A stretch of DNA of 64,000 nt from an uncultured Gammaproteobacteria bacterium (lineage in GTDB: Bacteria; Pseudomonadota; Gammaproteobacteria; DRLM01), in assembly GCA_947259075.1 (NCBI GenBank), contig CAMYKQ010000053.1:3846-67845 (forward strand), given 5' to 3'. The position numbers and the translations under genes were made by a program. The notes under the pieces are model-generated. The model did no database searches, was not told the DNA's origin, and was given only the letters and a program-made list of their open reading frames with translations. Shown here piece by piece: positions 39,068 to 48,691 of the stretch (positions are counted from its first letter, which is position 1; every line of letters begins with the position of its first letter).

Positions 39068-42000
39068 ATGTCAAAATTTTTCATTGATCGTCCCATCTTC
39101 GCCAGCGTCCTGGCCATCATCATCGTGCTGGCCGGTTTGGTCGCCGCGAATATTCTGCCCATCGCGCAGTACCCCGAAATCTCGCCGCCGACCGTGACCA
39201 TCACCGCGTCGTATCCCGGCGCCTCGGCGGAAACCCTGGCCAAGACCGTGGCCGCGCCCATTGAAGAACAACTGTCCGGCGTCGAGAACCTGCTCTACTT
39301 CAACTCGACGGCGGCATCCAATGGTTCGATCAATATCACCGCCACCTTCGAGGTCGGCACCGACGTCGACAAGGCGACCTTCAACGTCAATAACCGGGTG
39401 CAACTCGCCGCGCCGCGCCTGCCGGACGAGGTGCGGCGCAACGGCGTCACGGTCGCCAAACGCTCGCAGAATATCTTGCTGGTGGTGGCGCTCAATTCGC
39501 CGAACAGCACCTATGACATGCTGTATCTGTCGAACTACGCGACTCAGAACGTCCTCGATGATTTGAAACGTATCCCCGGCGCGGCGGATGTCTTCATTTT
39601 TGGCGCGCGCGATTATTCGATGCGGGTGTGGCTGAAACCGGACCGCATGGCCCAGCTCGGTCTCACCGTCAGCGACATCACCAGCGCCATCAACTCACAG
39701 AATGCGCAGTACGCCGCAGGCAAGATCGGCGCCGATCCCGCGCCCGCGGGCCAGCAACTGGTCTACACCGTCACCGCGCGCGGACGCATGCTCCAGCCCG
39801 AGGAATTCGGCAATATCATCCTGCGTTCCAACGGCCCCGGCGGCGTGCTGAAACTCAAGGACGTGGCGCGCATCGAACTCGGCGCGCAGAGTTATGACCA
39901 GGCCAACAGCGTCAACGGCCAGCCCGCCATCGCCATCGCGGTGTTTCTGCAATCCGGCGCCAACGCCATTGAGGTGGCGCAATCCATTCGCGACACCATG
40001 GCGGAATTGAAAAAGGAAAACTTCCCCGAGGACGTCGATTATCTGATCCCCTACGACACCACGCGCTTCGTCTCGGCCTCGATCGAGGCGGTGATACAAA
40101 CCCTGCTCGAAGCCGCGCTCCTGGTGTTGCTGGTGGTGTTCCTCTTCCTGCAAACCTGGCGCGCCACCTTGATCCCCATGATCGCGGTGCCGGTGTCGCT
40201 GATCGGCACCTTCGCCGGTTTGTGGCTGTTCGGTTTTTCGATCAACACGCTCACCTTGTTCGCCATGGTGCTGGCGGTGGGCATCGTCGTCGACGACGCC
40301 ATCGTGGTGCTGGAAAACGTCGAGCGCCTGATGCGCGAACGCCTGCTGAAACCCTTCGATGCCGCGGTCGAGGCCATGCGCGAGGTGCAGAACGCCGTCA
40401 TCGGTATCGTCCTGGCCTTGGTCGCGGTGTTCATCCCCGTCGCCTTTCTCGGCGGTATCGCCGGTCAGCTCTATCGTCAATTCGCGGTGACCGTGGCCAT
40501 CGCCGTGGCGCTCTCCGGGGTCGTGGCGCTGACCTTGACGCCGACGCTGTGCGCGATGCTGCTCAAACCGCACAATGACGCGGACGGTAAAATGGCGAAA
40601 CTGTTTCGCCCCTTCAACCGCGGCTTCAATTGGGTGACGCAGCATTTTCTCGCGGCGGTCAGATTGGCCTTGGGCTGGCGCATCACCGCGCTGACGGTGT
40701 TCGCGGTGTTCATCGGCATCGTCGCGCTGTTGTTCTGGCGCATACCCGGCAGCTTCGTGCCGCCGGAAGATCAAGGTTACATCATCAGCGCCGTGGTGCT
40801 GCCCGACGGCGCCACCTTGGCGCGCACCGAAAAGACCACGGCGCAGTTACGCACGATGATGAACGGCAATCAGGCGATAGAGAATATTTTCATCGTCAAC
40901 GGCTTCGACCTCATCAGCGGTAGCAACAAGAGCAATTCCGCCACCATCTTCATGCCGCTGAAGCCTTGGGAAGACCGCGAGCAAACCGCGCAGCAACTGG
41001 CGCAGGAAGTCAGCGGTAAAGGCTTCATGCTCTCCGACGGTCTCGCCTTCGCGTTCAATCCGCCGGCCATACGCGGCCTCGGCGCCACCGGCGGCTTTGA
41101 GGTCTATGTGCGCGGCCGCACCGACCCCGATCCGCAACGCCTCGCGCAAGTGACCAACGACTTCATCGCCGCGCTCGGTCAACACCCGGCCTTGGAAGGT
41201 TTGCGCACTCTTTATCATCCCACCGTGCCGCAGCTGCGCGTCGAGGTGGATCGCGAGAAGGCCTTGCTGCTCGGGGTGCCGGTCAGCGAGGTCTTCGGCG
41301 CCTTGCAGGCGCAGATGGGCTCGCTCTACGTCAATGACTTCAACAAGGCGGGGCGCACCTATCGCGTCACCATCCAGGCCGATGCCCAGTACCGCGCCAA
41401 GCCCGAAGACTTGGGCAATGTCTATGTGCGTTCAACGACGACGCAAACCATGATCCCGCTCAAGACGCTGATCACGGTGGAGAACATCATCGGGCCGGAA
41501 CAGGTCGAGCGTTACGATGGCTATATCGCCGCCAAGGTGCTGGGCAGCGCCAAGGCCGGCTACAGCTCGGGTGAGGCGATACAGGCGGTGGAGCAGCTCG
41601 CGAAACAGTCTTTACCCAAGGGGTACGACATCGAATGGACCGGCCAGGCCTTCCAGGAAAAACGCACGGGCAGCGCCTCGGTGTTCGCCTTCGGCTTCGC
41701 GCTGGTCATGGTCTATCTGATTCTGGCGGCCTTGTACGAACGCTGGGGGGTGCCGGTGGCCGTGGTGCTCGCCGTGCCCTTCGCCTTATTGGGCGCGCTC
41801 GGTTTCGTGTTTCTGCGCGGCATGGATAACGACATCTACTTTCAGATCGGCTTGATCGTGCTGATCGGCCTGGCGGCGAAGAACGCGATCCTCATCGCGG
41901 AGTTCGCCATGCAGGGCATGGAGCAGGGCATGGACGCCGCCGCGGCGGCGGTGGAGGCGGCGCGCTTGCGCTTCCGTCCCATCGTCATGACCTCGCTGGC

Positions 42001-42217
42001 CTTCGTCTTCGGCGTGTTGCCGCTGGTGTTCGCCACCGGCGCCGGCGCTGCGGCGCGGCAATCCATGGGCACCGGCGTGGTCGGCGGCATGATTATCGCC
42101 ACCTTCATCGCCCCCATCTTCGTGCCGCTGTTCTTCACCTTGTTCGCGCGCAAGCCGCGGCCTTCTCATCACCATGACGCGCCGCCTAGCATCGTAGTGG
42201 AGGGGGATAAATCATGA
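39068..42217 (+). CDS. RND efflux permease, HAE1 (AcrB/MexB-like)
   Basis: FFIDRPIFA, GIVVDDAIVV, KNAILI, RFRPIVMTS. Confidence 0.96.
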   Translation: MSKFFIDRPIFASVLAIIIVLAGLVAANILPIAQYPEISPPTVTITASYPGASAETLAKTVAAPIEEQLSGVENLLYFNSTAASNGSINITATFEVGTDVDKATFNVNNRVQLAAPRLPDEVRRNGVTVAKRSQNILLVVALNSPNSTYDMLYLSNYATQNVLDDLKRIPGAADVFIFGARDYSMRVWLKPDRMAQLGLTVSDITSAINSQNAQYAAGKIGADPAPAGQQLVYTVTARGRMLQPEEFGNIILRSNGPGGVLKLKDVARIELGAQSYDQANSVNGQPAIAIAVFLQSGANAIEVAQSIRDTMAELKKENFPEDVDYLIPYDTTRFVSASIEAVIQTLLEAALLVLLVVFLFLQTWRATLIPMIAVPVSLIGTFAGLWLFGFSINTLTLFAMVLAVGIVVDDAIVVLENVERLMRERLLKPFDAAVEAMREVQNAVIGIVLALVAVFIPVAFLGGIAGQLYRQFAVTVAIAVALSGVVALTLTPTLCAMLLKPHNDADGKMAKLFRPFNRGFNWVTQHFLAAVRLALGWRITALTVFAVFIGIVALLFWRIPGSFVPPEDQGYIISAVVLPDGATLARTEKTTAQLRTMMNGNQAIENIFIVNGFDLISGSNKSNSATIFMPLKPWEDREQTAQQLAQEVSGKGFMLSDGLAFAFNPPAIRGLGATGGFEVYVRGRTDPDPQRLAQVTNDFIAALGQHPALEGLRTLYHPTVPQLRVEVDREKALLLGVPVSEVFGALQAQMGSLYVNDFNKAGRTYRVTIQADAQYRAKPEDLGNVYVRSTTTQTMIPLKTLITVENIIGPEQVERYDGYIAAKVLGSAKAGYSSGEAIQAVEQLAKQSLPKGYDIEWTGQAFQEKRTGSASVFAFGFALVMVYLILAALYERWGVPVAVVLAVPFALLGALGFVFLRGMDNDIYFQIGLIVLIGLAAKNAILIAEFAMQGMEQGMDAAAAAVEAARLRFRPIVMTSLAFVFGVLPLVFATGAGAAARQSMGTGVVGGMIIATFIAPIFVPLFFTLFARKPRPSHHHDAPPSIVVEGDKS

Positions 42218-43668
42218 GTACACCATCCCGCTTTACCGCGTTACCGGGTATTACCGGCCTGGCCGCGATCGCCTTGCTCAGCGCTTGCACGCTGGGCCCG
42301 GACTACGCCCGCCCCGATCTGGTCTTGCCCGCCGCTTATTCTGATGCTGCGCAGAGCGGCGATGCGGTCCGGGAACAAGCAGCGATCACGTCCGATTGGT
42401 GGACGCTGTACGGTGATGCGACGCTCAACGGCTTGGTGGCGGCCACGCTGCGCAATAACACGGACTTGCGCCGGGCGGTGGCGCAGATCGACGCGGCCCA
42501 GGCGGTGTTGGAGCAAACCGGTTCCGCCTACTTCCCCCAAGTCGATCTGGAGGCCTCCAGCAGCCGTTCGCGTACCAGCACCTTGAACGCGCAGCCGCTG
42601 CTTTCGGGCACGCCGGCGATTTCCAACGCAAATCGCTTGGCGCTGTCCACATCCTTTGAAATCGACTTGTGGGGCAAGCTGCGCCGCGCCTCCGAGACGG
42701 CGCGCGCCCAGCTCTTGAGCACCCGCTATGCCCGTGACGTTACCGCATTGAGTTTGGCCAGCACCACCGCGCAGGCTTATTTCGCGTTGCGTTCCCTGGA
42801 TGCGCAGATCGCCTCGACCCAAGCCACCCTGCGTTCACGCGATGAAGCGCTTGCGGTGGTAAAGAGCCGTGCCGCCGGCGGTCTCGTCTCGGAATTAGAC
42901 GTCAACCAAGCCCAGGGCGCGCGCGCCGACGCCGCGCTGCAATTGCGCGAGTTGCGGCGGCAACGGGCCCTGCTGGATCACCAGCTCGGCGCGCTCACCG
43001 GCAAACTGGACTTGCGGATCGCGGCGGGGGATCTCATGCAGCTGCCCATGCCGGCATTGCCGCCGGCCGGTCTGCCCTCGACTTTGGTGGAACGCCGGCC
43101 CGATGTGCAACAGGCGGAGCAAGTGCTGATCGCGGCCAACGCCCAAATTGGCGCGGCCAAGGCGGCGCAATTGCCGACCTTTTCCCTCACCGGCAACTTC
43201 GGCGGTTCAAGCAAGGAATTGAGCGACATCCTCGAACCCGGCGCGCGCATTTGGTCCTTGGGTCTGTCGGGCGTGTTGCCGATCTTCGACGCCGGTAAAT
43301 ACGCGGCGCGCACCCGCGAGGCCGAAGCGGTGCAACGCCAGGCATTGGCCAGTTATCAAAAGAGCGTCGAGACCGCCTTCAAGGAAGTGGCCGACGCCTT
43401 GAGCAACGCGGCGCACGGCGCGGCCGCGGCCAGCGATCTGCAAATCAAGCTCGATGCGGCGCGTAATGCCTTGCGGTTGTCGGAGCTGCGCTACAACGCG
43501 GGTTATTCAGGCTATCTTGACGTGCTCGATGCGCAACGCGGCGCCAATGCCGCCGAACTGGCCTTGGTGCAAAACCGCCAGGCGCAACTGGAATACAGCG
43601 TCGATCTGATGAAGGCCTTGGGCGGCGGCTGGTCGCCCCAGGGCGATGCGCCCATGGCGCAACGCTGA
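42214..43668 (+). CDS. Outer membrane efflux lipoprotein (OprM/NodT family)
   Basis: LSAC.LGPDY.RP, FEIDLWG, RRPDV, KALGGGW. Confidence 0.93.
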   Translation: MSTPSRFTALPGITGLAAIALLSACTLGPDYARPDLVLPAAYSDAAQSGDAVREQAAITSDWWTLYGDATLNGLVAATLRNNTDLRRAVAQIDAAQAVLEQTGSAYFPQVDLEASSSRSRTSTLNAQPLLSGTPAISNANRLALSTSFEIDLWGKLRRASETARAQLLSTRYARDVTALSLASTTAQAYFALRSLDAQIASTQATLRSRDEALAVVKSRAAGGLVSELDVNQAQGARADAALQLRELRRQRALLDHQLGALTGKLDLRIAAGDLMQLPMPALPPAGLPSTLVERRPDVQQAEQVLIAANAQIGAAKAAQLPTFSLTGNFGGSSKELSDILEPGARIWSLGLSGVLPIFDAGKYAARTREAEAVQRQALASYQKSVETAFKEVADALSNAAHGAAAASDLQIKLDAARNALRLSELRYNAGYSGYLDVLDAQRGANAAELALVQNRQAQLEYSVDLMKALGGGWSPQGDAPMAQR

Positions 43669-43672
43669 GCCT

Positions 43673-44290
43673 ATGGTGCGCAAAACCAAATTCGAGACCG
43701 CGCAGACGCGGTTGCAAATCATCGCCGCGGCGCGCGAGGTCTTTGCCGAGCGCGGCGTCAGCCGTACCACCTTGGCGCAGATCGCCAAGGCGGCGGGCGT
43801 CACCCGCGGTGCCATCTACTGGCACTTCAAAAACAAGCCGGACTTGTTCTTCGCCATGCTGGAGCAGGTGTCCCTGCCCTTCATCGACCGCATCGACGAA
43901 ACCCTGCCCGAGGAAAATCCGGGTGACCCGCTGCGCGGGGTGCAAGCCAGCATGAGTGAAGTCCTGCGGCTGCTCAAAGAAGACATGGTCGCACGCACCA
44001 CCTTCGAGATCGTCGTCCTGAAATGCGAATATGTCGATGAATTCGCCTCGCTGGATATCCGCGTCAACAAAACCGGCTGCGCCTTCGTGCAAAAAATGAT
44101 AGGCGCCTACAGCGATGCGAAAAAACGAGGATTGCTGCGCGAGGGCATCGATCCGGCCCAGTGCGCCCTCGACAGTTATATATTTATAAAAGGGATAATT
44201 CAGCTCTGGCTTTCCGACACGGACGGCAGCCTCATCCGCGGCAAGGCGCAATCCCTGATCGACGCCCACATCGCCATGCGCTACAAATAA
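43673..44290 (+). CDS. TetR family regulator (AcrR-like)
   Basis: MVRKTK..A..TR, GVTRGAIYWHFKNK. Confidence 0.92.
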   Translation: MVRKTKFETAQTRLQIIAAAREVFAERGVSRTTLAQIAKAAGVTRGAIYWHFKNKPDLFFAMLEQVSLPFIDRIDETLPEENPGDPLRGVQASMSEVLRLLKEDMVARTTFEIVVLKCEYVDEFASLDIRVNKTGCAFVQKMIGAYSDAKKRGLLREGIDPAQCALDSYIFIKGIIQLWLSDTDGSLIRGKAQSLIDAHIAMRYK

Positions 44291-44462
44291 TTTCGCGCGC
44301 GAAGACCCGGGCGCGCAAAAAAAGCGGTCCCAGCTTGGGCGCGCGGAGCAGGGCGAAGCGACGGATTCCGCCGGATGCCTGTTGGGATTCGAGGCACAAA
44401 ATGGGCCACGCTTAACTGAACACGGCGCGCACCCACCCCCCGTTTAATTTTGAAGCCAGGCG

Positions 44463-45194
44463 CTAGCTGAAATCACCCCAGCGCGTCAGCAGGGCGGCGA
44501 GCGCCGCCAGCGCCGCGGTTTCGGTGCGCAGAATGCGCGGACCTAAACGCAGGCCGGTATAGCCCGCGCCTTTGGCGAGATTGATTTCTTGCTCGCTCAA
44601 GCCGCCCTCGGGGCCGACGAGCAGGGTGACGGGTCCGGTGGGAGTGGCGAGCGCGTTGAGTTGGGTGTCCGCTTGCGGGTCGAGCACCAGCGCCAGGCCC
44701 GTGGCGGTCTCGGCCAGCCAATCGCGCAGCGGGCGCGGCGCGGCGATCTCTGGCACGCGATTGCGGCCGCATTGTTCACAGGCGCCGCTGACGACGGCCT
44801 GCCAGTGCTGCACGCGTTTGTCCAAACGCTCACCGCTCAATTGCACGCCGCAGCGCTCGGTGAATAAAGGGATGATGCGGCTCACGCCCAACTCCACCGC
44901 CTTTTGCACGGTGTAATCCATTTTTTCGCCGCGCGAGACGCCTTGCGCCAGCCACAGTTCGAGCGGCGGCTCGCGTCCGGTGGCGTGAAAGGCGCCGACG
45001 CGGACGCTGACATGGCGCTTATCCACGCTATCGATGACCGCTTCGAATTCACCGCCCTCGCCGTTGAACAAAATCAGCGGCGCACCGACCGGCAGACGCA
45101 ACACGCGCGCGACGTGGTTGGCGGCCTTATCATCGAGCAGCACGCTGGCGCCGTGGCCGAGGGGAGCGGGATGATAGATGCGCGGGATTCTCAT
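44463..45194 (-). CDS. rsmE: 16S rRNA m3U1498 methyltransferase
   Basis: H..RVLRL, QKAVELG, EQCGR, GPEGG, LG.RILRTETA. Confidence 0.95.
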   Translation of the reverse strand: MRIPRIYHPAPLGHGASVLLDDKAANHVARVLRLPVGAPLILFNGEGGEFEAVIDSVDKRHVSVRVGAFHATGREPPLELWLAQGVSRGEKMDYTVQKAVELGVSRIIPLFTERCGVQLSGERLDKRVQHWQAVVSGACEQCGRNRVPEIAAPRPLRDWLAETATGLALVLDPQADTQLNALATPTGPVTLLVGPEGGLSEQEINLAKGAGYTGLRLGPRILRTETAALAALAALLTRWGDFS

Positions 45195-45454
45195 GGGGTG
45201 GGGATTATAACGGTGAAAGCGTCTACGGCCTATCGCGGTGCGATTAGACAGCGCATTTTTCAGCCGTCATCGTCGCTGCGCTTTATTGCCGCGTCCTGCG
45301 CGCACGTACTCAATTTATGGCTCGATGAACGCCAAGAATTAAAAGATCGTCATCCGTATAGTGGGCTATTGCCGGTCGTTGAGAATGCAATTTCTGCTTG
45401 CGTTTTCACATCATCGTAGCGATAGCGCGGCGTGGGTGCAGCGCATCATGGTGG

Positions 45455-45496
45455 CCTCATGCGGCGGATCGTCCTGCCGGCATCCGCCGCATGAGG
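45455..45496. repeat. Perfect 15-bp inverted repeat
   Basis: CCTCATGCGGCGGAT / ATCCGCCGCATGAGG. Confidence 0.7.
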
Positions 45497-45659
45497 GCGT
45501 GATATTACGTTGCGAATGTACCTGCTTGTCGGCGTCATAATGTCCCGGGGTCACTTGATTCTTCACGGGGAAACAGCCGGCGGAACGCCCGTTGGGCTTC
45601 CGCCCTGCATGGGCTACCCTTTATTTTTCACTATTATTTCTCACACCCTGCGCGGCTTA

Positions 45660-45763
45660 ACCACCCCGTCGGCTGCGCCGCCACCCCTCCTTGGCAAGGA
45701 GGGGATCGCTATTTTTTTCTCCCCTCCTCCTCGAGGAGGGGTGCCCCGCAGGGGCGGGGTGGT
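45660..45763. repeat. REPIN-like doublet of palindromic repeats
   Basis: ACCACCCCG..CCCCTCCT..AGGAGGGG followed by its inverse ending CGGGGTGGT. Confidence 0.75.
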
Positions 45764-45900
45764 GAGGTCGCGGCGATGAGCGTGAGTTGGATAATGAAAG
45801 TCCCGAAGCCGCGTAGAAGAAAGTACCTCGCCCGCGGGGGCGAGACCCCGTATTCAATACAATGGGTCGGAGATGGCGCGACATTAAGCCATGGCTTCCA

Positions 45901-45942
45901 CGATCGATGCGGTTCATTGCATTCGCCGCATCCTACGGGCTC
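45901..45942 (-). repeat. GTAG-family REP, left copy
   Basis: Minus strand reads GTAGGATGCGGCGAATGCAATGAACCGCATCGATCG. Confidence 0.8.
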
Positions 45943-45944
45943 TC

Positions 45945-45990
45945 GGAACGAGCAGCGCTTTTTGCTGTCCCCTGGAGCTATTTGTTAAGC
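45945..45990 (-). mobile_element. Truncated integron attC (left arm only)
   Basis: Minus strand GCTTAAC(RYYYAAC)-AAATAGCTCCAGGGGACAGCAAAAAGCGCTGCTCGTTCC overlapping the gene's 3' end. Confidence 0.6.
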
Positions 45991-46865
45991 GATTTTTCAT
46001 ATTGCTCTAAATGCTCATAGAAATATCCATGCAAAATGGCATACCTGAAGGCGAGCTTTGAATTCTGCGCCTCTTGATGTATTTCCAGTTGTTCATCTAT
46101 GAAAGACTTTGCGCGATCGTAAATTACATCATCAGCACCACCCATCAGATGATTTCGGAAGAATTTTCCCAAATAGCTAACAATCACTCTTCCATCAAAA
46201 TCCCGCGCAAGCATATTCAAACTCGCCTCAGCCATTTTCTTTGTTATTTGACACTCGAAGTCATTTTCATTGCATTCTGTTTTCGCATGTCCAAGTAGGT
46301 AATTTAGAACCTCATCTGAGACCACAACACGCGGATATTGAGCCACATATGATTCGAGCTCATAAGCATCTGCTATAGCTTTCCCATAGAGTTCATTTTT
46401 ATGTAACTCGGCTGCCACCCCTATTGACACGCCGATGCGAACTGGCCTCTTTTTAGCCAGTCCTAGCAAGCACAATCCTCCACACGCCGCCAATGCGCCA
46501 TAGACCCCTTTTGAGGGGGAATACTGCTCATCTATTCGTAGTGGCACATAAATAACCAATCCATCAGAAAAATGCTGAAATTTAATTTCTGCTTTATTTA
46601 GCTTATTAAAACCCGACAGTGCATTTAGTGGGTTGTTCTTTTCATTCTTTGTGAATGAATTAAAATAGTCAGAGGCAGTTTTTTGTAAATCATAGACAGC
46701 GCCAACAGTATCCTTAACCACCTGAACGAACTCGGAATATTCAGGCCCATTCTCGTCACTTGGCAAGGCATCAAGCTTCCTTAGCCTTTCTCTTTGACCA
46801 AGCAAATCAACAAATGCCACTAAGTAATGACCAAATGTGAGCGTGTCGTCCTTTGATTTTCTCAT
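45978..46865 (-). CDS. AT-rich hypothetical protein with degenerate class III nucleotidyl cyclase-like motifs
   Basis: AFVDLLG, FSDG, VRIGVSIG, YG.AIADAYELES..A.YPRV. Confidence 0.7.
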   Translation of the reverse strand: MRKSKDDTLTFGHYLVAFVDLLGQRERLRKLDALPSDENGPEYSEFVQVVKDTVGAVYDLQKTASDYFNSFTKNEKNNPLNALSGFNKLNKAEIKFQHFSDGLVIYVPLRIDEQYSPSKGVYGALAACGGLCLLGLAKKRPVRIGVSIGVAAELHKNELYGKAIADAYELESYVAQYPRVVVSDEVLNYLLGHAKTECNENDFECQITKKMAEASLNMLARDFDGRVIVSYLGKFFRNHLMGGADDVIYDRAKSFIDEQLEIHQEAQNSKLAFRYAILHGYFYEHLEQYEKSLNK

Positions 46866-46888
46866 CGTCTTTTTCGCTTAACGTTGAA

Positions 46889-46928
46889 GAGCTCGTAGGA
46901 TGCGGTGAGGCACGAACCGCATCGATCG
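46889..46928 (+). repeat. GTAG-family REP, right copy (inverted relative to the left copy)
   Basis: GTAGGATGCGGTGAGGCACGAACCGCATCGATCG. Confidence 0.8.
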
Positions 46929-46989
46929 AGTTCAATAGATTCATTCCACGCCGGCGAGTGTTATCCTTTCGCCGCCACCCCACATTCTT

Positions 46990-48354
46990 TCATTCTTCAG
47001 TGGCAAACCGTATCCCTGCCCACGCCGCTTCCGCCATCAGTTGTATTTCTTCCGGCGTGATGATGTAAGGCGGCATGAAATAGACTACGTTACCCAGCGG
47101 CCGCAGCAGCACGCCTTTTTCCAAGGCATGTTGATACACGCGCAGGCCGCGGCGTTCTTGCCAGGGGTAAGGCTCGCGCGCTTTTTTATCTTTCACCATC
47201 TCGATGGCGACGATCATGCCGCGCTGGCGCACTTCGGCGACGTGCGGGTGCTCGGCGAAATGCGCCGTGGCCGCGTGCATATGCGCGGCGAGGGCGCGAT
47301 TGCGGACGATGATGTCGTCTTGCGCGAAGATGTCGAGGGTGGCCAGTGCGGCGCGGCAGCCGAGCGGGTTGCCGGTGTAGCTGTGCGAGTGCAGAAAGGC
47401 GTTGAGTTTTTCGTAGTCGTCGTAAAACGCCTGATAGATTTCCTCGCGGGTGAGCACGGCGGCCAAGGGCAGATAACCGCCGGTGAGGCCTTTGGAGAGG
47501 CACATGAAGTCCGGCGTGATGCCGGCCTGCTCGCAGGCGAACAGCGTGCCGCTGCGGCCGAAGCCCACGGCGATTTCGTCGGCGATAAGGTGGACGCCGT
47601 ATTCATCGCAGGCGGCGCGCAGTAATGTCAAATACACGGGGTCGTACATGCGCATATTGCCGGCGCATTGCACCAGCGGTTCGACGATGACGGCGCAGAC
47701 CTCGTCGGCGTGCTGCGCCAGCGCGCGGCGCATGTGTTCGAACATGCGGGTGGAATGTTCCGCCCAATCGCTGCCCGGCTCTCGCGCAAAGCAGTCGGGC
47801 GAGGGCACGGTGATGGCCTGCATCAATAAGGGTTGGTAGATTTCTTTGTAGAGCGCGACGTCGCCCACCGCCAGCGCGCCGAGGGTCTCGCCGTGGTAGC
47901 TGTTGCTCAGGCTGATGAATTTGGTCTTGCACGGCGCGCCGCGATTGCGCCAGGTGTGAAAGCTCATCTTCAGCGCCACCTCCACCGCGGAGGAACCGTT
48001 GTCGGCGTAGAAACAGCGCTTGAGGCCGGGCGGCGCCAGCGCGGTGAGGCGTTCTGCGAGTTCGATCGCGGGTGTGTGGGTGAAGCCCGCCAGCAGCACG
48101 TGTTCCAGATTTTCCAATTGATCGCGCAGCGCGGCGTTGATGCGCGGATTGGCGTGGCCGAAGAGATTCACCCACCACGAGCTGATGGCGTCGAGATAGC
48201 GCTTGCCGTCGAAGTCTTCCAGCCACACGCCCGCGCCGCGGCGGATGGGGATGAGCGGCAGGGTTTCGTGATCCTTCATTTGCGTGCAGGGGTGCCAGAG
48301 CACGGCCAGGTCGCGGGCCATCAGGGCGGCATTCGTGTGTTTGGCGGCGGGCAT
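46990..48354 (-). CDS. bioA: Adenosylmethionine-8-amino-7-oxononanoate transaminase
   Basis: WHPCTQM, SSWWVN, YHGET, DEIAVGFGR, SKGLTGG, LRPLG. Confidence 0.95.
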   Translation of the reverse strand: MPAAKHTNAALMARDLAVLWHPCTQMKDHETLPLIPIRRGAGVWLEDFDGKRYLDAISSWWVNLFGHANPRINAALRDQLENLEHVLLAGFTHTPAIELAERLTALAPPGLKRCFYADNGSSAVEVALKMSFHTWRNRGAPCKTKFISLSNSYHGETLGALAVGDVALYKEIYQPLLMQAITVPSPDCFAREPGSDWAEHSTRMFEHMRRALAQHADEVCAVIVEPLVQCAGNMRMYDPVYLTLLRAACDEYGVHLIADEIAVGFGRSGTLFACEQAGITPDFMCLSKGLTGGYLPLAAVLTREEIYQAFYDDYEKLNAFLHSHSYTGNPLGCRAALATLDIFAQDDIIVRNRALAAHMHAATAHFAEHPHVAEVRQRGMIVAIEMVKDKKAREPYPWQERRGLRVYQHALEKGVLLRPLGNVVYFMPPYIITPEEIQLMAEAAWAGIRFATEE

Positions 48355-48440
48355 CCGTGTCGGCTGTATGGGTTGTGGGCAGGCGCGCTAGGTTAGCACA
48401 GCGCCCGCGCCGTGGCGGCAGTGACAACAAGGATAAAGCG

Positions 48441-48535
48441 TGTCGGGATTATTTACAGGCTGGCGTGACGGCCGCTTGCGGGATCATTAAAGCCGTTTAA
48501 AAAAAGCAGCTTAACGAGTTGGCAAGCATGTTGCT
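48441..48535 (+). promoter_or_regulatory. TGT-N11-ACA enhancer plus sigma-54 promoter (PEP-CTERM regulon type)
   Basis: TGTCGGGATTATTTACA at 48441-48457; TGGCAAGCATGTTGCT at 48520-48535. Confidence 0.75.
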
Positions 48536-48691
48536 ATTACCCTGTCGCGGATGTATCGCGCCGGTTGCCCGGTCTAGGGTAACCACTAAAGCCTTCCACG
48601 GATGTACCTCAAGGATGTATCTCTCTATGTAATGGGCGACGGACCCCCTGCTTTGCGCGTTGTTTGGTTTCACAAAGCATTGGGATAATTC

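Noticed and set aside
45510-45988. Short ORFs across the repeat region
   Set aside because: Translations derive from palindromic repeats; no RBS or family signal
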